From: Eledone cirrhosa
Lineage: Eukaryota
Length of the DNA stretch: 64,000 nt
Direction of reading: 5' to 3'
Assembly (NCBI GenBank): GCA_964016885.1
Contig: OZ024742.1
Coordinates: forward strand, 126,542,001-126,606,000
The notes beneath the pieces were generated by a model. The model searched no databases. It was given only the letters and a program-made list of their open reading frames with translations, and had not been told where the DNA came from. This document shows, piece after piece, positions 1 through 14,190 of this stretch. Positions within the stretch are counted from its first letter, which is position 1, and each line of letters begins with the position of its first letter. Both the position numbers and the translations under genes were made by a program.

Positions 1-89
1 CAACAGTTAGTTCACCATACCGAGAACAATTAATTGTCCCATGGAGTGAGTGCTCTACCACTACGGATATTACCCTCCAGTGTTCTACC
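1..89. mobile_element. Fold-back remnant of short TA-associated element (same family as 14191-14368)
   Basis: 1-30 matches 14268-14298. 36-89 (gtcccatgg...gtgttctacc) is the diverged reverse complement of 14191-14245. It runs into (CT)n(TA)n. Confidence 0.75.
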
Positions 90-366
90 TCTCTCTCTCT
101 ATATATATATGGGAGGACGCCATAATTTCTTGAGCGCTTGGAGCCTGAAAAGAACTGTTTCGTGGCAATACTGAATAAGTTTATATAGTTTTCGGTACCT
201 ATTAGAGAAATACATGTTCAAATTCGTTGCAAAGCTCTCGTTACACTTCAGGGGTGGGGCTCAGAGCGTTTTATTGCCTCAGTGCACCTTGAAGTATCAG
301 ATCATCTAGGTACTGTTTTCTTGAGATGGATATGTCGTGTGTGAGAGAGAGAGAGAGATAGAGAGA

Positions 367-413
<47 letters not shown>

Positions 414-957
414 CGCGCGCGCGTATGTGTAACTTTAAGATTAAATCTATTTATTCCAATAGGGAATCTTAAGTATGGGTTAATTTTCTAGTAGAGAGAG
501 AGAGGGAGAAATGTAATCAATCACTGTTTCATATATCAAAAGCGAACCAGAACCCAAGCCCTAAAATATATCCTTGTAAGATAATATCCCTAAATGTCAC
601 AACAGGTTTATTCGAGTTAGTTAATGTATAGGTTTGATAGGTTCATCCAGCAACAGCAACTTGTCAGCGTATTGTTAAGGTGGGTTACCCTTTCTATAGA
701 TGATAAATATTACAGGTAAACAATAGGGTTTTCTGTTAGAGAAAGAACAAGAAGTAGAGTTGAAATGCTAGAGAGCTTCACGACTATGTATATTATTGAT
801 CCCGAGACAGAAAAAAAGTGTGTCCTACTCCGGTGGGGATTGAACTCAAAGAGTAGGGAAACAAAGGTTTTAGTCCTGTTTCTCAACACTAGGTTTATTA
901 TAACTTTTTACCTTTTGAGTTAGAATTTCACCGTTGTCAAATTTGTTCATTATTATT

Positions 958-1105
958 ATTAAATCCTGTCAAGGTGATCTTTGCTTTTCATCCATACAGA
1001 GTCGATAAAATAAAATACCAGTAAAGCACTGGGGTCGATTTAATCGACCCCCCCCCCCCCCCCGCAAAAAAAAATTAAGTACCGGTCAAAGTACTGGGGC
1101 TGATT
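958..1105 (+). mobile_element. tRNA-derived SINE family A, partial
   Basis: Contains core tttgcttttcatcc...gtcgataaaataaaataccagta shared with about 25 copies in the window. Confidence 0.8.
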
Positions 1106-1329
1106 GAACCTTTGTGATACGAACCTGCCAAGAGCCGGCTCTGGTTCTATGAAACAAAACCACCCATTTATCTCAGAATCATGTGTTAAATTACTATCTT
1201 AGCAATGAAATTATTATTTTAAATAAATCCTTAAAAATTCATAAATGAATTTAAATACAAGGGTGCTATTTAAATTAAAATCCGTCATAATTTTTATAAA
1301 AACCAGATGTTAAATTACTATCATTATAT

Positions 1330-1432
1330 TGTCGAGGTTAATTTTGCCTTTCATCGTTACGGGGTCGATGAAATAAAGTACCAGTAATGCACTGGGTTAT
1401 CGCTGGCCTTGTGCCAAAAGTAGAAACAATTA
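1330..1432 (+). mobile_element. SINE family A (short subfamily), 5'-truncated
   Basis: gaggttaattttgcctttcatc...gtcgatgaaataaagtaccagtaatgcactgg...ggccttgtgccaaaagtagaaacaatt. Confidence 0.85.
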
Positions 1433-2002
1433 GTAAATACCTCAAGATCTGACAATGTATTTCATTAGAAAAACGGATAGGATAGGGTTAACCCAATATA
1501 CACCTCAATCCATCATCCTCCACAAAAAACCCCAAACAATTTGGTGCCTTGTACTTTAGTCGGAAACCATATTTTACCAGTAAAAACAAAAATAAATTGA
1601 CAAGTGTTACAATACAACACATTTGATATTGTACGAAATTTCACACTACTTTAACACACAAATAAATAATACATGTCACATGAGTAAAAAAAGTGCGAGG
1701 TGTTCGTTCTTCCTGTGGGGTTACATATATATATATAGAGATACAAGAGAAATGCTTGAAATAAACACGCACACGAGAAAAAAGTGTGATTCTGAACTGG
1801 GGTGTACGCCTAAAGGAATGCAATTTAAATATAGAAGGGGACGGAAATAATTCTAAATTTTACATATCTTTTTTAACACCAAACATGTTTTTATATTGAA
1901 AGGGAGACATCACATTTATAAGGTGTCATGGTGTGGTAGAGAATAATAACAGAACTACTGGCTTAAATGAAGGCATATATGCGATATATTTATATACAAC
2001 AG

Positions 2003-2040
<38 letters not shown>

Positions 2041-2120
2041 TATATATATCGTTTTAATATTTGACATGTGTACAAATATAGCGTATATATATATATATAT
2101 ATAATACAACGTAATATTAA

Positions 2121-2166
2121 ACAATATCTAAGGATTTTCTATAAGGCAAAGAAACATAGTTATTGT
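2121..2166 (+). ncRNA. Degenerate type I hammerhead ribozyme motif
   Basis: acaat-at CTAAGGA ttttct-ata-aggcaaa GAAAC ata GTT attgt. The core has G5A and stem II is damaged. Lies between two (TA)n tracts. Confidence 0.45.
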
Positions 2167-2182
2167 AACCTACACTATTCGG

Positions 2183-2243
<61 letters not shown>

Positions 2244-3369
2244 TTTACGAAGGGGTGTACGTATGTATCTATGTGCAATATATACTGACCTCCGGGGTTT
2301 TTCGCTTCGCAGCAACAACAACAACACGTCATGTCTTCGTATTTTTTTTTTGTTAAAAAAAAATAACAAATAAACAAAAATTGAATAAAAAAAAAATAAT
2401 AAATAATAACAAATAAATCCTGGTTAAAATCTTCTGAAATGTTACTCCAAGACAGGTGCAGTTGGTTTTAGGGTAGAGAGCATAAAGTAAGTCCAGTGAA
2501 AAAGTTGGGAAGATAAGCCGCGATAGATTTTGCTTAACATACAGAACCAGCTGGTTCGTGATGTTTGTGGGAGGGGATAAAACCGTCTGGCTGGTGGCAA
2601 ACTAGACTAGCTAACTTTCACAAGACTATAAGGGGTGTATAAGTTAGTTGGTAGGATAAAGTGTCTGTCTTCTCTTTCCCCCTTCTTTTCTTTTCTCTCA
2701 GGCAGAATAGTAGTAGTATTAGTAGAGATGGTGGTGTTGGTGGTAGGTTTGTGTAAGGGGTTGTGTGTTTGTCGTTGTCCTTGACTCCTAGAAAACGCCT
2801 AAAAATTAAAGGCAGCCCAATTAGATCGAAGCCCACTTCCCTTTTACTACTACTACTAATAAAATAAAATTTTAGTTGCCAAAATTTGGAACGATAAGAC
2901 ACTAGTATAGTGATGGTGGTGATGGTGATGAGGGAGGTGGTTATGAAGGTGGTGGTGATGGTTATGAAGGTGGTGGTGGTGATGGTGACGACGATGGTGG
3001 CGGTGATAGTGATGTTGATGATGGTGGTGGTGGTATTATGGTTTGAAACTATAAGATGGGTTGGCTGGATGGTTGCAGTGTCGAAATAGGTTGGTAGTTG
3101 TTAATTTTAGAGAGAGGGTAGAGGGTTTCCGATTGGCAAGTTGTAGGTGAAGGTGTGTGGGGGTACCTCTTCGGAGAAAGGGACGGGTGGGGTTAAAAAA
3201 CAAAACAAAAACACAGACACAATGTTTGGATGTAATCCACGAAAACAGAACTTGTAGCAGCCCCTCTCTCTCTCCTCTTCCTTCTCTCTCTCTCTCTCTC
3301 TCTATTTATCCCACACCTTGTCTCAGACATTCACAGGAACAAGCGTCACAGAATATGTAACAGTGAGTA

Positions 3370-4295
3370 CACACCACCATCACCACCCTCACCACCCTCA
3401 CCACTATCACCACCCTCACCACCATCACCACTATCACCACCCTCACCAACACAACTTTACCACCATCACCACTATCACCAACACAACTTCACCACCATCA
3501 CCAAGACAACTTTACCACCATCACCAAGACAACTTCACCACCATCACCACCATCGCCACTCTCACCACCCTCACAAACATCACCACCATCACCAACACAA
3601 CTTCACCACCACTATCACCGACACAACTTTACCACCATCACCACCATCACCAAGACAACTTCACCACCATCACCACCATCGCCACCCTCACAAACATCAC
3701 CACCATCACCGACACAACTTTACCACCATCACCACGACAACTTCACCACCATCACCACCACCACCATCACCACCACCACCCTCACAAACATCACCACCAT
3801 CATCAACACAACTTCACCACCATCACCACCACCACCCTCACAACCATCACCACCACCATCAACACAACTTCACCACCACCAAGACAACTTCACCACCATC
3901 ACCACCACCACCCTCACAACCATCACCACCACCATCAACACAACTTCACCATCACCATCACCAAGACAACTTCACCACCATCACCACCACCACCATCACC
4001 ACCACCACCCTCACAACCATCACCACCACTATCAACACAACTCCACCACCACCATCACCAACACAACTTCACCACCATCACCACCACCACCATCACCACC
4101 ACCACCCTCACAACCATCACCACCACTATCAACACAACTCCACCACCACCATCACCAACACAACTTCACCACCATCACCAAGACAACTTTACCACCATCA
4201 CCACCATCACCAACACAACTTCACGACCATCACCAACACACCATCACCAGCATCACCACCATCACCAACACACCTTCACCACCATCATCACTATC
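3370..4295. repeat. CAC/CAT-rich compound tandem repeat
   Basis: (cac/cat)n punctuated by recurring caacacaactt / caagacaactt / ccctcacaa motifs. Confidence 0.9.
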
Positions 4296-4464
4296 GTCAA
4301 CATACCAGTAGATTGACTTGTTAACTTATGTGGTGGTGGTGATGGCGGCGGTGGTCATGCTGGTGATGACGGCGGTGTGCGGATGTTGTCGTTACTGCAA
4401 TAATAGCAGTTAGCTGGGGTAAAAATTCACATACCCAACCTCCCACACCCACCTTCAGCAATCA

Positions 4465-4466
4465 TT

Positions 4467-4520
<54 letters not shown>

Positions 4521-4639
4521 CACTACTACTGCTGCTGCTGTCTACAATTACTACCACCGCCGCCGCCGTGAACTAGCACTCCTATTAACACCAAAGTACA
4601 ACACACATCACCACCACCATCACTACCACCAACAACCTT

Positions 4640-4670
<31 letters not shown>

Positions 4671-5225
4671 GTTACTATTACCATCCTTTATGCTATAACA
4701 ATCATTACCACCAGCACCATCGTCATACTATGACAACGGCTACGACCACCAACGCCACTACCATCACCATCACCATCGACATCATTACCACTATCGTCAC
4801 AATCACCCCTACCATCCACACCAGCAATACGATCACCACCATCACCCCTACGATCACAACCACTGTCACCACCACCAGGAGTACCATCACCCCTACGATC
4901 ATAACCTCCCCCCCCACCACCAGTAGTACTATCACCGCCATCGCCCCTCCCAATACAACCACTGTCACCACCACCATCACTACTTCGATCCCAACCATTG
5001 TCATCACCACCAGGATTACCATCACCACTGCTACCATCACCGCCATCACCCCTACGATCACAACCACTGTCACCACCACCAGCAATACCATCACCACCAT
5101 CACAACCACCGTCACCACCACCAGCAGTACCATCACCACCGCTACCATCACCACCACCACCACCGTCACCACCAACAGGAGTACCACCACCACCAACAGG
5201 AGTACCACCACCACTGCTGTCACTC
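4465..5225. repeat. (CTA)n and CAC-rich low-complexity repeat
   Basis: (cta)n runs at 4467-4530 and 4640-4670. Recurring catcacccctacgatcacaaccactgtcaccaccaccag. Confidence 0.85.
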
Positions 5226-5787
5226 TCAAACTCTATTCATCCATACACTACATAGCATCAACGCCTGTTAGTCTTTCCCACATCCCCGTCAACAGCCTTC
5301 TCTATATATCTACTGCAGTTGTTATTTAACACCAGGTCAGCCCTAATGCAGCACACTTACACTGGCACCTGTCTGTCTGTCTGTCTCTATCTATCTATCA
5401 CATTGATCGCACTGATTGGCAGATCACCTACATATCAATTAAATTCTTTGTTTATATTTTTCCATAATCTAGCAATTGATTACTTAATCTTTGTGAATTA
5501 AACCTGATGACATCACCATATGTCTTGCATTATGATCTGATGACGCAAGACATGTAATCAAGCCGGCCATAGAAATACGTATTGTGAATTTTGCAGCATT
5601 TAAGAAATATTTGGATCCCGACTTCCTTTTTAATTGAAGTATTTAACTCTGTTCAAGCACAAACCACGAGATAAAACAACTACGAAGGGATGATATGCAT
5701 AATGCTCTTGCTTTTGCTTATTGCATCACGGTCTGCTAATCGGAATAACTAGATCTACTCATTAGTTAACAACCATGCAACATAAAT

Positions 5788-5841
<54 letters not shown>

Positions 5842-6145
5842 CGTACGAGGTGAACTAGCCTGTCTTTAAATTCCCTTTTTGGTATATTCTACAGTAGAAT
5901 TTAGAGTTATCGTGTTTGAGCTCTGCTGATGAACGACTCCAACCGTGACCATCCCCACTGAAAGTTTCGCGAAATAGTCTTTTTAAGACTATACAGAGCA
6001 TTTGTAGTTTTTCCAAATTGAAGGATGAGTATTTAAGCTTTATTTTATTCTGAGTTAAGGCTTACGTTAACTATTTTTCCATCATAGTCACTTATATATT
6101 ATGAAATACTGTTGGCTTCACGCTTACAACAATTTCTATACTTTA

Positions 6146-6218
<73 letters not shown>

Positions 6219-7851
6219 ATAAATTAAATTATTTTATTTTTACATGCCTGAAGCCATGATAGGGCATATATGTGTATGTGTGTGCGTATGCGTGTGTATG
6301 TGCATATATATTCCTTAATGTTTATATGTCCGTCACTGTAAACACGTACATGTACACACGTGTATATAATTGTGTTTATATATACGTATATGCCAGTCCG
6401 TGTTTGTCTACAATAACATGCACGAATGAACTAAATATACATGCTTATACATAGAAATATGTATATATATAAAGATACTATTCTCATTTATCCAAAGTTG
6501 TATGTGCGTCTTGTCATAGCTAAATCATCAATCATGACTGATGGTTAACTATGAGAAAATGCACATATAACCTTTGATAAAGGAGATCACGTACCTTTGT
6601 CAACAATGCCTATGAAACTGACACTTTCTTGAAAGTACTAATACTATACATATTAAAATATATATATTACCTCTATCTTTATGCATGATGGTAGTATTGT
6701 TGTGGTGGTGATGGTGATGATAGAAGTTGGTGAATGTTTTGGGGATGGTAGAAGTGTTAGTAGTGACAATGGTATAGGGGTGATGGTAGTGATGTGGTGT
6801 TAATAACTAAAGCTACACACAGCTACGATAGACGGTACAAAGAGCGTGGGAGAATTAGCCAACAGGTCATTATGTGATCTTTCAAAAAAAAAACCGGCCG
6901 CCACCCCCACCACTTCACTCACCACTACATCGCATCATTACCAAAGAAACATCAGTATTAGCACTACAGTTTTTATCACCACAGTTTTTATCACCAGCAC
7001 CAGCACCACAACCACGGGTACCACTACCACTAGCCTCATGATCATTACAACAACAACCATCTCCACCAACACCAGCATCCGACTCCAACTACCATTACCC
7101 CCACCATCAACTCCACAATCAGAACCATTACCCCCGTCACCACCATCACAACTAGCACCATGTATCTCCATCACCAAGTTACTGTCGTTCACAGGACGTC
7201 AACGTGTGGAAATGGTGGTGGTGTTAAAGTTATTGTTGGTGATGGTGGTGGTTGAAGTGGGGGTGAGGTGGGGGTTGATGGTGGTGCTAGTCTTGTTGGC
7301 GGTGGTGGTGTTGCTGGAGGCGATGGTAGTGTTGGAGTTATTGTTGGTGATGGTTGTGCTAAATGTTGTGGTGTTGTTGCTGTTTGTGCTGGAATTGGTA
7401 ATGGTGGTGGTTGAAGTGGGGGTGAGGTGAGGGTTGATCATGGTGCTAGTTTTGTTGGTGGTGGTTGTGCTGGAGTAGGTACTGGTGTTGATGATTGTGC
7501 TGGTGGTGGTATTGGTGGTGGTGGTGGCGTGAGGATCGGTAGTTACATTAGTACTGGTGGTTGTGTTGGGGCTGGAGGTGGTGTTGGGGCTGAGGGTGGT
7601 CGTGGGTTGGTGGTGGTATGAGGTAGTGTTGAGATATTCAAGGAAGGAGAGAAGGAGGGGCTACGTGGCAAGATCCTCAATAATAAATCTAAACAAGAAA
7701 TTGGTGTAGAAGGTTAATGTGGTGGGGTAGAGATGGACGGTGTGGTGTTTGATATGTGGAGGTCCCTTTTCAAGGGAGGAAACTATTAATAGGTTTAACT
7801 CTTTATACTATATAATGTCAATGTGTGTTCATTCGGGCATGTAGCTGTAGA

Positions 7852-7927
7852 CAAACAGATATACATATATTTACATTATACATACATACATACATACATA
7901 CATACATACATACATACATACATACAT

Positions 7928-7959
<32 letters not shown>

Positions 7960-8170
7960 GCCTGTGTGTATATATATATATATATATGCCTGTGTGTATA
8001 TGTATATATGCCTGTGTGTATATGTACATATGCCTGTGTGTATATGTACATATGCCTGTGTGTATATGTACATATGCCTGTGTGTATATGTATATATGCC
8101 TGTGTGTATATGTATACGTACATATATGCCTATGTGTGTTTTATGTATGTGTATGTGTCCCGATCATATA
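7852..8170. repeat. (TACA)n/(TA)n plus ~22-bp tandem unit tatatgcctgtgtgtatatgta
   Basis: Directly visible periodicity. Confidence 0.9.
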
Positions 8171-8519
8171 TATGTGTGTGTTGGGGGGGGGGGGATAAAA
8201 CATGGTGTAGTGGGTAGAGTGGTGGCTAGACATAAGGGTTTCAGTGTGTGTGTGTTAGCTGAAGTAAAGTTCCTGTGGTTAGTGAGGGGGCTGATAACAC
8301 AACAGACAGCGTGGTTGTAGAGCAACATAGATAGGACAACAATAACACAGACGACACGCAAATATCCACCCCCTCCCCTCATATACACATATATGTTAAA
8401 GGCATTCCCAACAATGACCAGACCCGTGCCATGCTTGTAACAGATCCAGGCCAGTTGTGAAATGTTTCCTCGCCTACAACATACACACACGCTCACAAAA
8501 AATCTGGTTATAGGCCCGG

Positions 8520-11135
8520 GCCAGTTGTGAAATATAGGCTCCCAGAAGATGGTAATATACTCAAGCCAGTTGTGAAATGTAGGCTCCCAAAAGATGGTAA
8601 TATACTCAAGCCAGTTGTGAAATATAGGCTCCCAGAAGATGGTAATATACTCAAACCAGTGTGAAATGTAGACTCCCAGAAGATGGTAATATACTCAAGC
8701 CAGTGTGAAATGTAGGCTCCCAAAAGTTGGTAATATACTCAAGTCAGTTGTGAAATATAGGCTCCCAAAAGATGGTAATATACTCAAGCCAATTGTGAAA
8801 TGTAGGCTCCCAAAAGATGGTAATATACTCAAGCCAGTTGTGAAATGTAGGCTCCCAAAAGTTGGTAATATACTCAAGCCAGATATGAAATATAGGCTCC
8901 CAAAAGCTGGTAATATACTCAAGTCAATTGTGAAATGTAGGCTCCCAAAAGATGGTAATATACTCAAGCCAGTTGTGAAATGTAGGCTCCCAAAAGCTGG
9001 TAATATACTCAAGCCAGTTGTGAAATGTAGGCTAACAAAAGTTGGTAATATACTCAAGCCAGTTGTGAAATGTAGGCTCCCAAAAGATGGTAATATAATC
9101 AAGCCAGATATGAAATATAGGCTCCCAAAAGCTGGTAATATACTCAAGCCAGATATGAAATATAGGCTCCCAAAAGCTGGTAATATACTCAAGCCAGTGT
9201 TAAATATAGGCTCCCAGAAGATGGTAATATACTCAAGCCAGTTGTGAAATGTAGGCTAACAAAAGTTGGTAATATACTCAAGCCAGTTGTGAAATGTAGG
9301 CTCCCAAAAGATGGTAATATACTCAAGCCAGTTGTGAAATGTAGGCTCCCAAAAGTTGGTAATATACTCAAGCGAGTTGTGAAATATAGGCTCCCAGAAG
9401 ATGGTAATATACTCAAGCCAATTGTGAAATGTAGGCTCCCAAAAGCTGGTAATATACTCAAGCCAGTTGTGAAATGTAGGCTCCCAAAAGCTGGTAATAT
9501 ACTCAAGCCAGTTGTGAAATGTAGGCTCCCAAAAGCTGGTAATATACTCAAGCCAGATATGAAATATAGGTTCCCAAAAGCTGGTAATATACTCAAGCCA
9601 GATATGAAATGTAGGTTCCCAAAAGATGGTAATATACTCAAGCCAGTTGTGAAATGTAGGCTCCCAAAAGATGGTAATATACTCAAGTCAGTTATGAAAT
9701 ATAGGCTCGCAAACGATGGTAATATCTTCAAGTCAGTTGTGAAATGTAGGCTCCCAAAAGTTGGTAATATACTCAAGCCAGATATGAAATGTAGGCTCCC
9801 AAAAGTTGGTAATATACTCAAGCCAGTTGTGAAATGTAGGCTCCCAAAAGTTGGTAATATACTCAAGCCAGTTGTGAAATATAGGCTCCCAGAAGATGGT
9901 AATATACTCAAGCCAGTTGTGAAATGTAGGCTCCCAAAAGTTGGTAATATACTCAAGCCAGGTATGAAATGTAGGCTCCCAAAAGTTGGTAATATACTCA
10001 AGCCAGTTGTGAAATATAGACTCCCAAAAGATGGTAATATACTCAAGCCAGTTGTGAAATGTAGGCTCCCAAAAGATGGTAATATACTCAAGCCAGATAT
10101 GAAATATAGGCTCCCAAAAGTTGGTAATATACTCAAGCCAGTTGTGAAATGTAGGCTCCCAAAAGCTGGTAATATACTCAAGCCAGTGTGAAATATAGGC
10201 TCCCAAAAGTTGGTAATATACTCAAGCCAGTTGTGAAATGTAGGCTCCCAAAAGTTGGTAATATACTCAAACCAGGTATGAAATGTAGGCTCCCAGAAGA
10301 TGGTAATATACTCAAGCCAGTTGTGAAATGTAGGCTCCCAAAAGTTGGTAATATACTCAAGCCAGGTATGAAATGTAGGCTCCCAGAAGATGGTAATATA
10401 CTCAAGCCAATTGTGAAATGTAGGCTCCCAAAAGCTGGTAATATACTCAAGCCAGATATGAAATATAGGCTCCCAAAAGTTGGTAATATACTCAAGCCAG
10501 TTGTGAAATGTAGGCTCCCAAAAGTTGGTAATATACTCGAGCCAGTTGTGAAATGTAGGCTCCCAAAAGCTGGTAATATACTCAAGCCAGTTGTGAAATG
10601 TAGGCTCCCAAAAGTTGGTAATATAGTCAAACCAGATATGAAATATAGGCTCCCAAAAGCTGGTAATATACTCAAGCCAGATATGAAATGTAGGCTCCCA
10701 AAAGATGGTAATATACTCAAGCCATATATGAAATATAGGCTCCCAAAAGTTGGTGATATACTCAAGCCAGTTGTGAAATGTAGGCTCCCAAAAGTTGGTA
10801 ATATACTCAAGCCAGTTTTGAAATGTAGGCTCCCAAAAGATGGTAATATACTCAAGCCAGTTGTGAAATGTAGGCTCCCAAAAGATGGTAATATGCTCAA
10901 ATCAGTTGTGAAATGTATGCTCCAAAAAGTTAGTAATATACTCAGGCCAGTTGTGAAATATAGCCCCCCCCCCCCCCCAAAAAAAAAATGTTTGGTAATA
11001 TACTGAAGCCAGTTGTGAAATGTAGCTTCCCTAAAATGCTGGTAATAGGCCTAAGCCTAATGTGAAATATAAGCACCTACCGCTTGTAATAGGAGCAGAC
11101 TAAATGTAAAATGTAGAACACCAAGGCTGGTAATT
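8520..11135. repeat. 45-bp minisatellite, about 57 copies
   Basis: Unit ccagttgtgaaatgtaggctcccaaaagttggtaatatactcaag. Homogeneous in the centre and decaying after ~10900. Confidence 0.98.
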
Positions 11136-11182
11136 GAGGTATGTACTGGTGTTATGCAGTATTAACTCTTGCATTTCCCTTG

Positions 11183-11400
11183 GGATTGGCAGAATCGGTA
11201 GAGCGTTGAGCAACATTCTTTTGCGACATTTAGTTATTGCTCATTATGATTCTGAGTTCAAATCTCGCAGAGGTCAAGTCTGCCTTTCATCCAACAGGGG
11301 TTGGTAAAATAAAGCACCAGTCATGTACTGGGGTCGATAATATCGTCTTTATCCTTCCCACCAAATGTGTTGCCTTGTGCTTTAAATTAGAAACCCTTAT
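11183..11400 (+). mobile_element. SINE family A, full length (long form)
   Basis: A-box-like tggcagaatcggtag, B-box gagttcaaatc, core gcctttcatcc...ggtaaaataaagcaccagt, tail gccttgtgc...tagaaac. Confidence 0.85.
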
Positions 11401-11894
11401 TTGTGTAGTTAGTTATGGTGATATCGGGGGCGATGTCGTCGTTGTTTGGCGTGGGGGATAATAGTGACGGTGGTGGGGATGTTAATGATGGTGGTGATAG
11501 AGGTGATAGTAGAGGCTCTGGCGATTGTAGTAGTGCTGGTGGTAGTAATGGTCGTGGTAATGTTAATGATGGTAATGGTGATAGTGGTAGTGGAGGTGGT
11601 AAGGGTGATGATGGTGAGTGTGGTGGAGGTAGAGGTGGGTGTATCGATGGAAAATTGCTACAGAAGGAAATTGAAAGTGACGAATGTGGGTGCGAGGTAA
11701 GTTATAAATCCTTAGCAACCAGACTGGAAGTAGGTGGAATGGTGTGGATTCTGGTAAACTTGGCTACAGACTTCCTCTTGGCACCAGCAGCAACATTTTT
11801 GGCAATTTTCAGAAACGCAAGACTTCACACACACACCACACACACACACATATATATATCCAAATTGAACGCACGCACACAGACACTAATATGT

Positions 11895-11933
11895 ATAAAA
11901 CATATACACATATGAGCATATGTATGTATTTGC

Positions 11934-11964
<31 letters not shown>

Positions 11965-11965
11965 C

Positions 11966-12006
<41 letters not shown>

Positions 12007-12601
12007 CATATATATATACATACCCCTATATTGATACACACACACATATATATATATGTATATATATATGTATGTATATATATATGTATGTATATATATA
12101 TATGTATGTATATATATATATATATATATATGTGTGTATGTATATATATAATATATATATATAATATAATATATATATATATATATATACATATATACAT
12201 ACATATATATATGTGTGTATGTATATATATAATATATATATATAATATAATATATATATATATATATATACATATATACATACATATATATATACCTATA
12301 TATATACGTATATATATATATATATATATTTACATATAGGTATATATATATATATATATATATATATTTACATATAGGTATATATATATATATATATATT
12401 TACATATAGGTATATATATACCTATATATATATATATTTTTTTTTTACATATAGGTATATATATACATATACGTATATACATATATATATATATACATAT
12501 ATATATATTTACATATAGGTATATATATACATATACGTATATACGTACATATACGTATATACGTATATACATATACATAAACAATTATACATATACGTAT
12601 A

Positions 12602-12634
<33 letters not shown>

Positions 12635-12693
12635 ACATATACATACATATATATATAGGTATATATATACATATACGTATATATATATACATA

Positions 12694-12755
<62 letters not shown>
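11895..12755. repeat. Interrupted (TA)n microsatellite
   Basis: (TA)n with tacatatagg and tacg variants. Confidence 0.97.
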
Positions 12756-12756
<1 letters not shown>

Positions 12757-13296
12757 TTAAAGACAGGAAGAGATAATCGTAGTTAATGAGAGATGTAGAG
12801 TGAGGGGTCTGGTTTGTGAAGAGAGGAGCCAATAAAGAGGTGGCTAAACTACAAGGTTTCTCTCTGATCAGAAAACTAGATCGATTTGACTAGTTTAAGT
12901 TTATCTTGAAGCTTCGTTAGAGATCAGTTACTTATTCCTGGTAACAGAGCGAAAGAATGGCAGTTTAGAGTTATTTATAGCATACACCCCCTCGGACCGA
13001 ACTAAACGAGCTCATTTAATTTTCATTACAGTGCAATCACTCACAATGCGAATTAATTAATATAAGCATTGTACAGCGATGAGATAATTAGATATGTGAA
13101 GAAAACCTACGAGTATGTGCTTTAACCAATCAAGGTAATAAAGTTTCTCCGGCTAACGTTTATATAAAATTTACTGGTTAATTCCTTTCGTTTTGCTCAC
13201 TTATTCCTGGGAGGGTCGTTGGAACAGAGTCCTCAAACACGCCTTCCAGAAGGTCCTGTCAGAAGCGAGACCAGCCAAACTCATGGATGTTATCGT

Positions 13297-13478
13297 GGAT
13301 TGGCAGTATCAGTAGAGGGTCGGACGCCATGCTTTCCAGCATAGTTACGTCCCTTTACGATCTGAGTTCAAATCCCGCCGAGGTTGACTTAGCCTTTCAT
13401 CCTTACGGGGTCGATAAAATAAAGTACCAGTAATACACTGGGTAATTGCTGGCCTTGTGCCTAAAGTAGAAACAGTTA
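13297..13478 (+). mobile_element. SINE family A, young short subfamily
   Basis: ggattggcagtatc...gagttcaaatcccgccgagg...gcctttcatccttacggggtcgataaaataaagtaccag...tagaaacag. Near-identical to 24422, 33539, 49727 and 59396. Confidence 0.92.
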
Positions 13479-13954
13479 TCTAACATTCTATTTTGGGCTT
13501 TTTTCCTGAGTCTCCTGTCGGTTGTTTTTTGTCCGTAAAATCTGTCCAGCGTTTCTTTCTTTAGACATTCTGACCACATGTTCGTAGTATTGGAGCTGTG
13601 ATTTCTCAATTCAGTGAGTGGGTCGAGAAAATAAAGTACCAGTATTACACTGGGGTCAATTTCATCGACTTCCTCTCCCCCAAAATTGTTGGCCTTGTGC
13701 TTACCATTATATATACATATATATATGACACCATCATCCAATCGTGTGACATCCAATTGTCAATTAATCTGAATAAATAATCATATTAATCCATGATGGC
13801 TTCCGAATAATAGAAATACAATTCTACTAAAAAAAGACAGCATACGTTGTGCGTGCGTGTATATATATATATATAGAGAGAGAGGAAACAACAAAGCAAA
13901 GAACATAGTACAATGGACACTATATTAGATTAAAGCGTGATATAGTATGAAAAG

Positions 13955-13992
13955 AGTTTCTATGTTTCTGACACTAGTCCTTCATCAAAATA
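13955..13992 (-). ncRNA. Degenerate hammerhead motif
   Basis: Minus strand TTGATGA ag-gac-tagt-gtc-a GAAAC ata GAA, with C3U and U16.1A changes. An ~80-nt tail ends in (CT)n(TA)n at ~13875. Confidence 0.4.
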
Positions 13993-14099
13993 TAAAATGA
14001 GAAATGAAAGATAAAAGATGAAACAGAAAGATAGAAAATGAGAAGGGGAAGGAACGGAAACATTTTTTTGAGAAAAGGTACATGTGTATTCAGCCAGGC

Positions 14100-14144
<45 letters not shown>

Positions 14145-14190
14145 ATAATAATAATATTTTAATAAATATATATATATATATATATATATA

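Noticed and set aside
110-215. Possible decayed minus-strand hammerhead (cacGAAACagttc)
   Set aside because: The 5' core and stem I are too degenerate to support
3318-5329. His/Thr/Pro-rich ORFs (332, 199 aa)
   Set aside because: Trinucleotide low complexity open in several frames, with no domain or splice support
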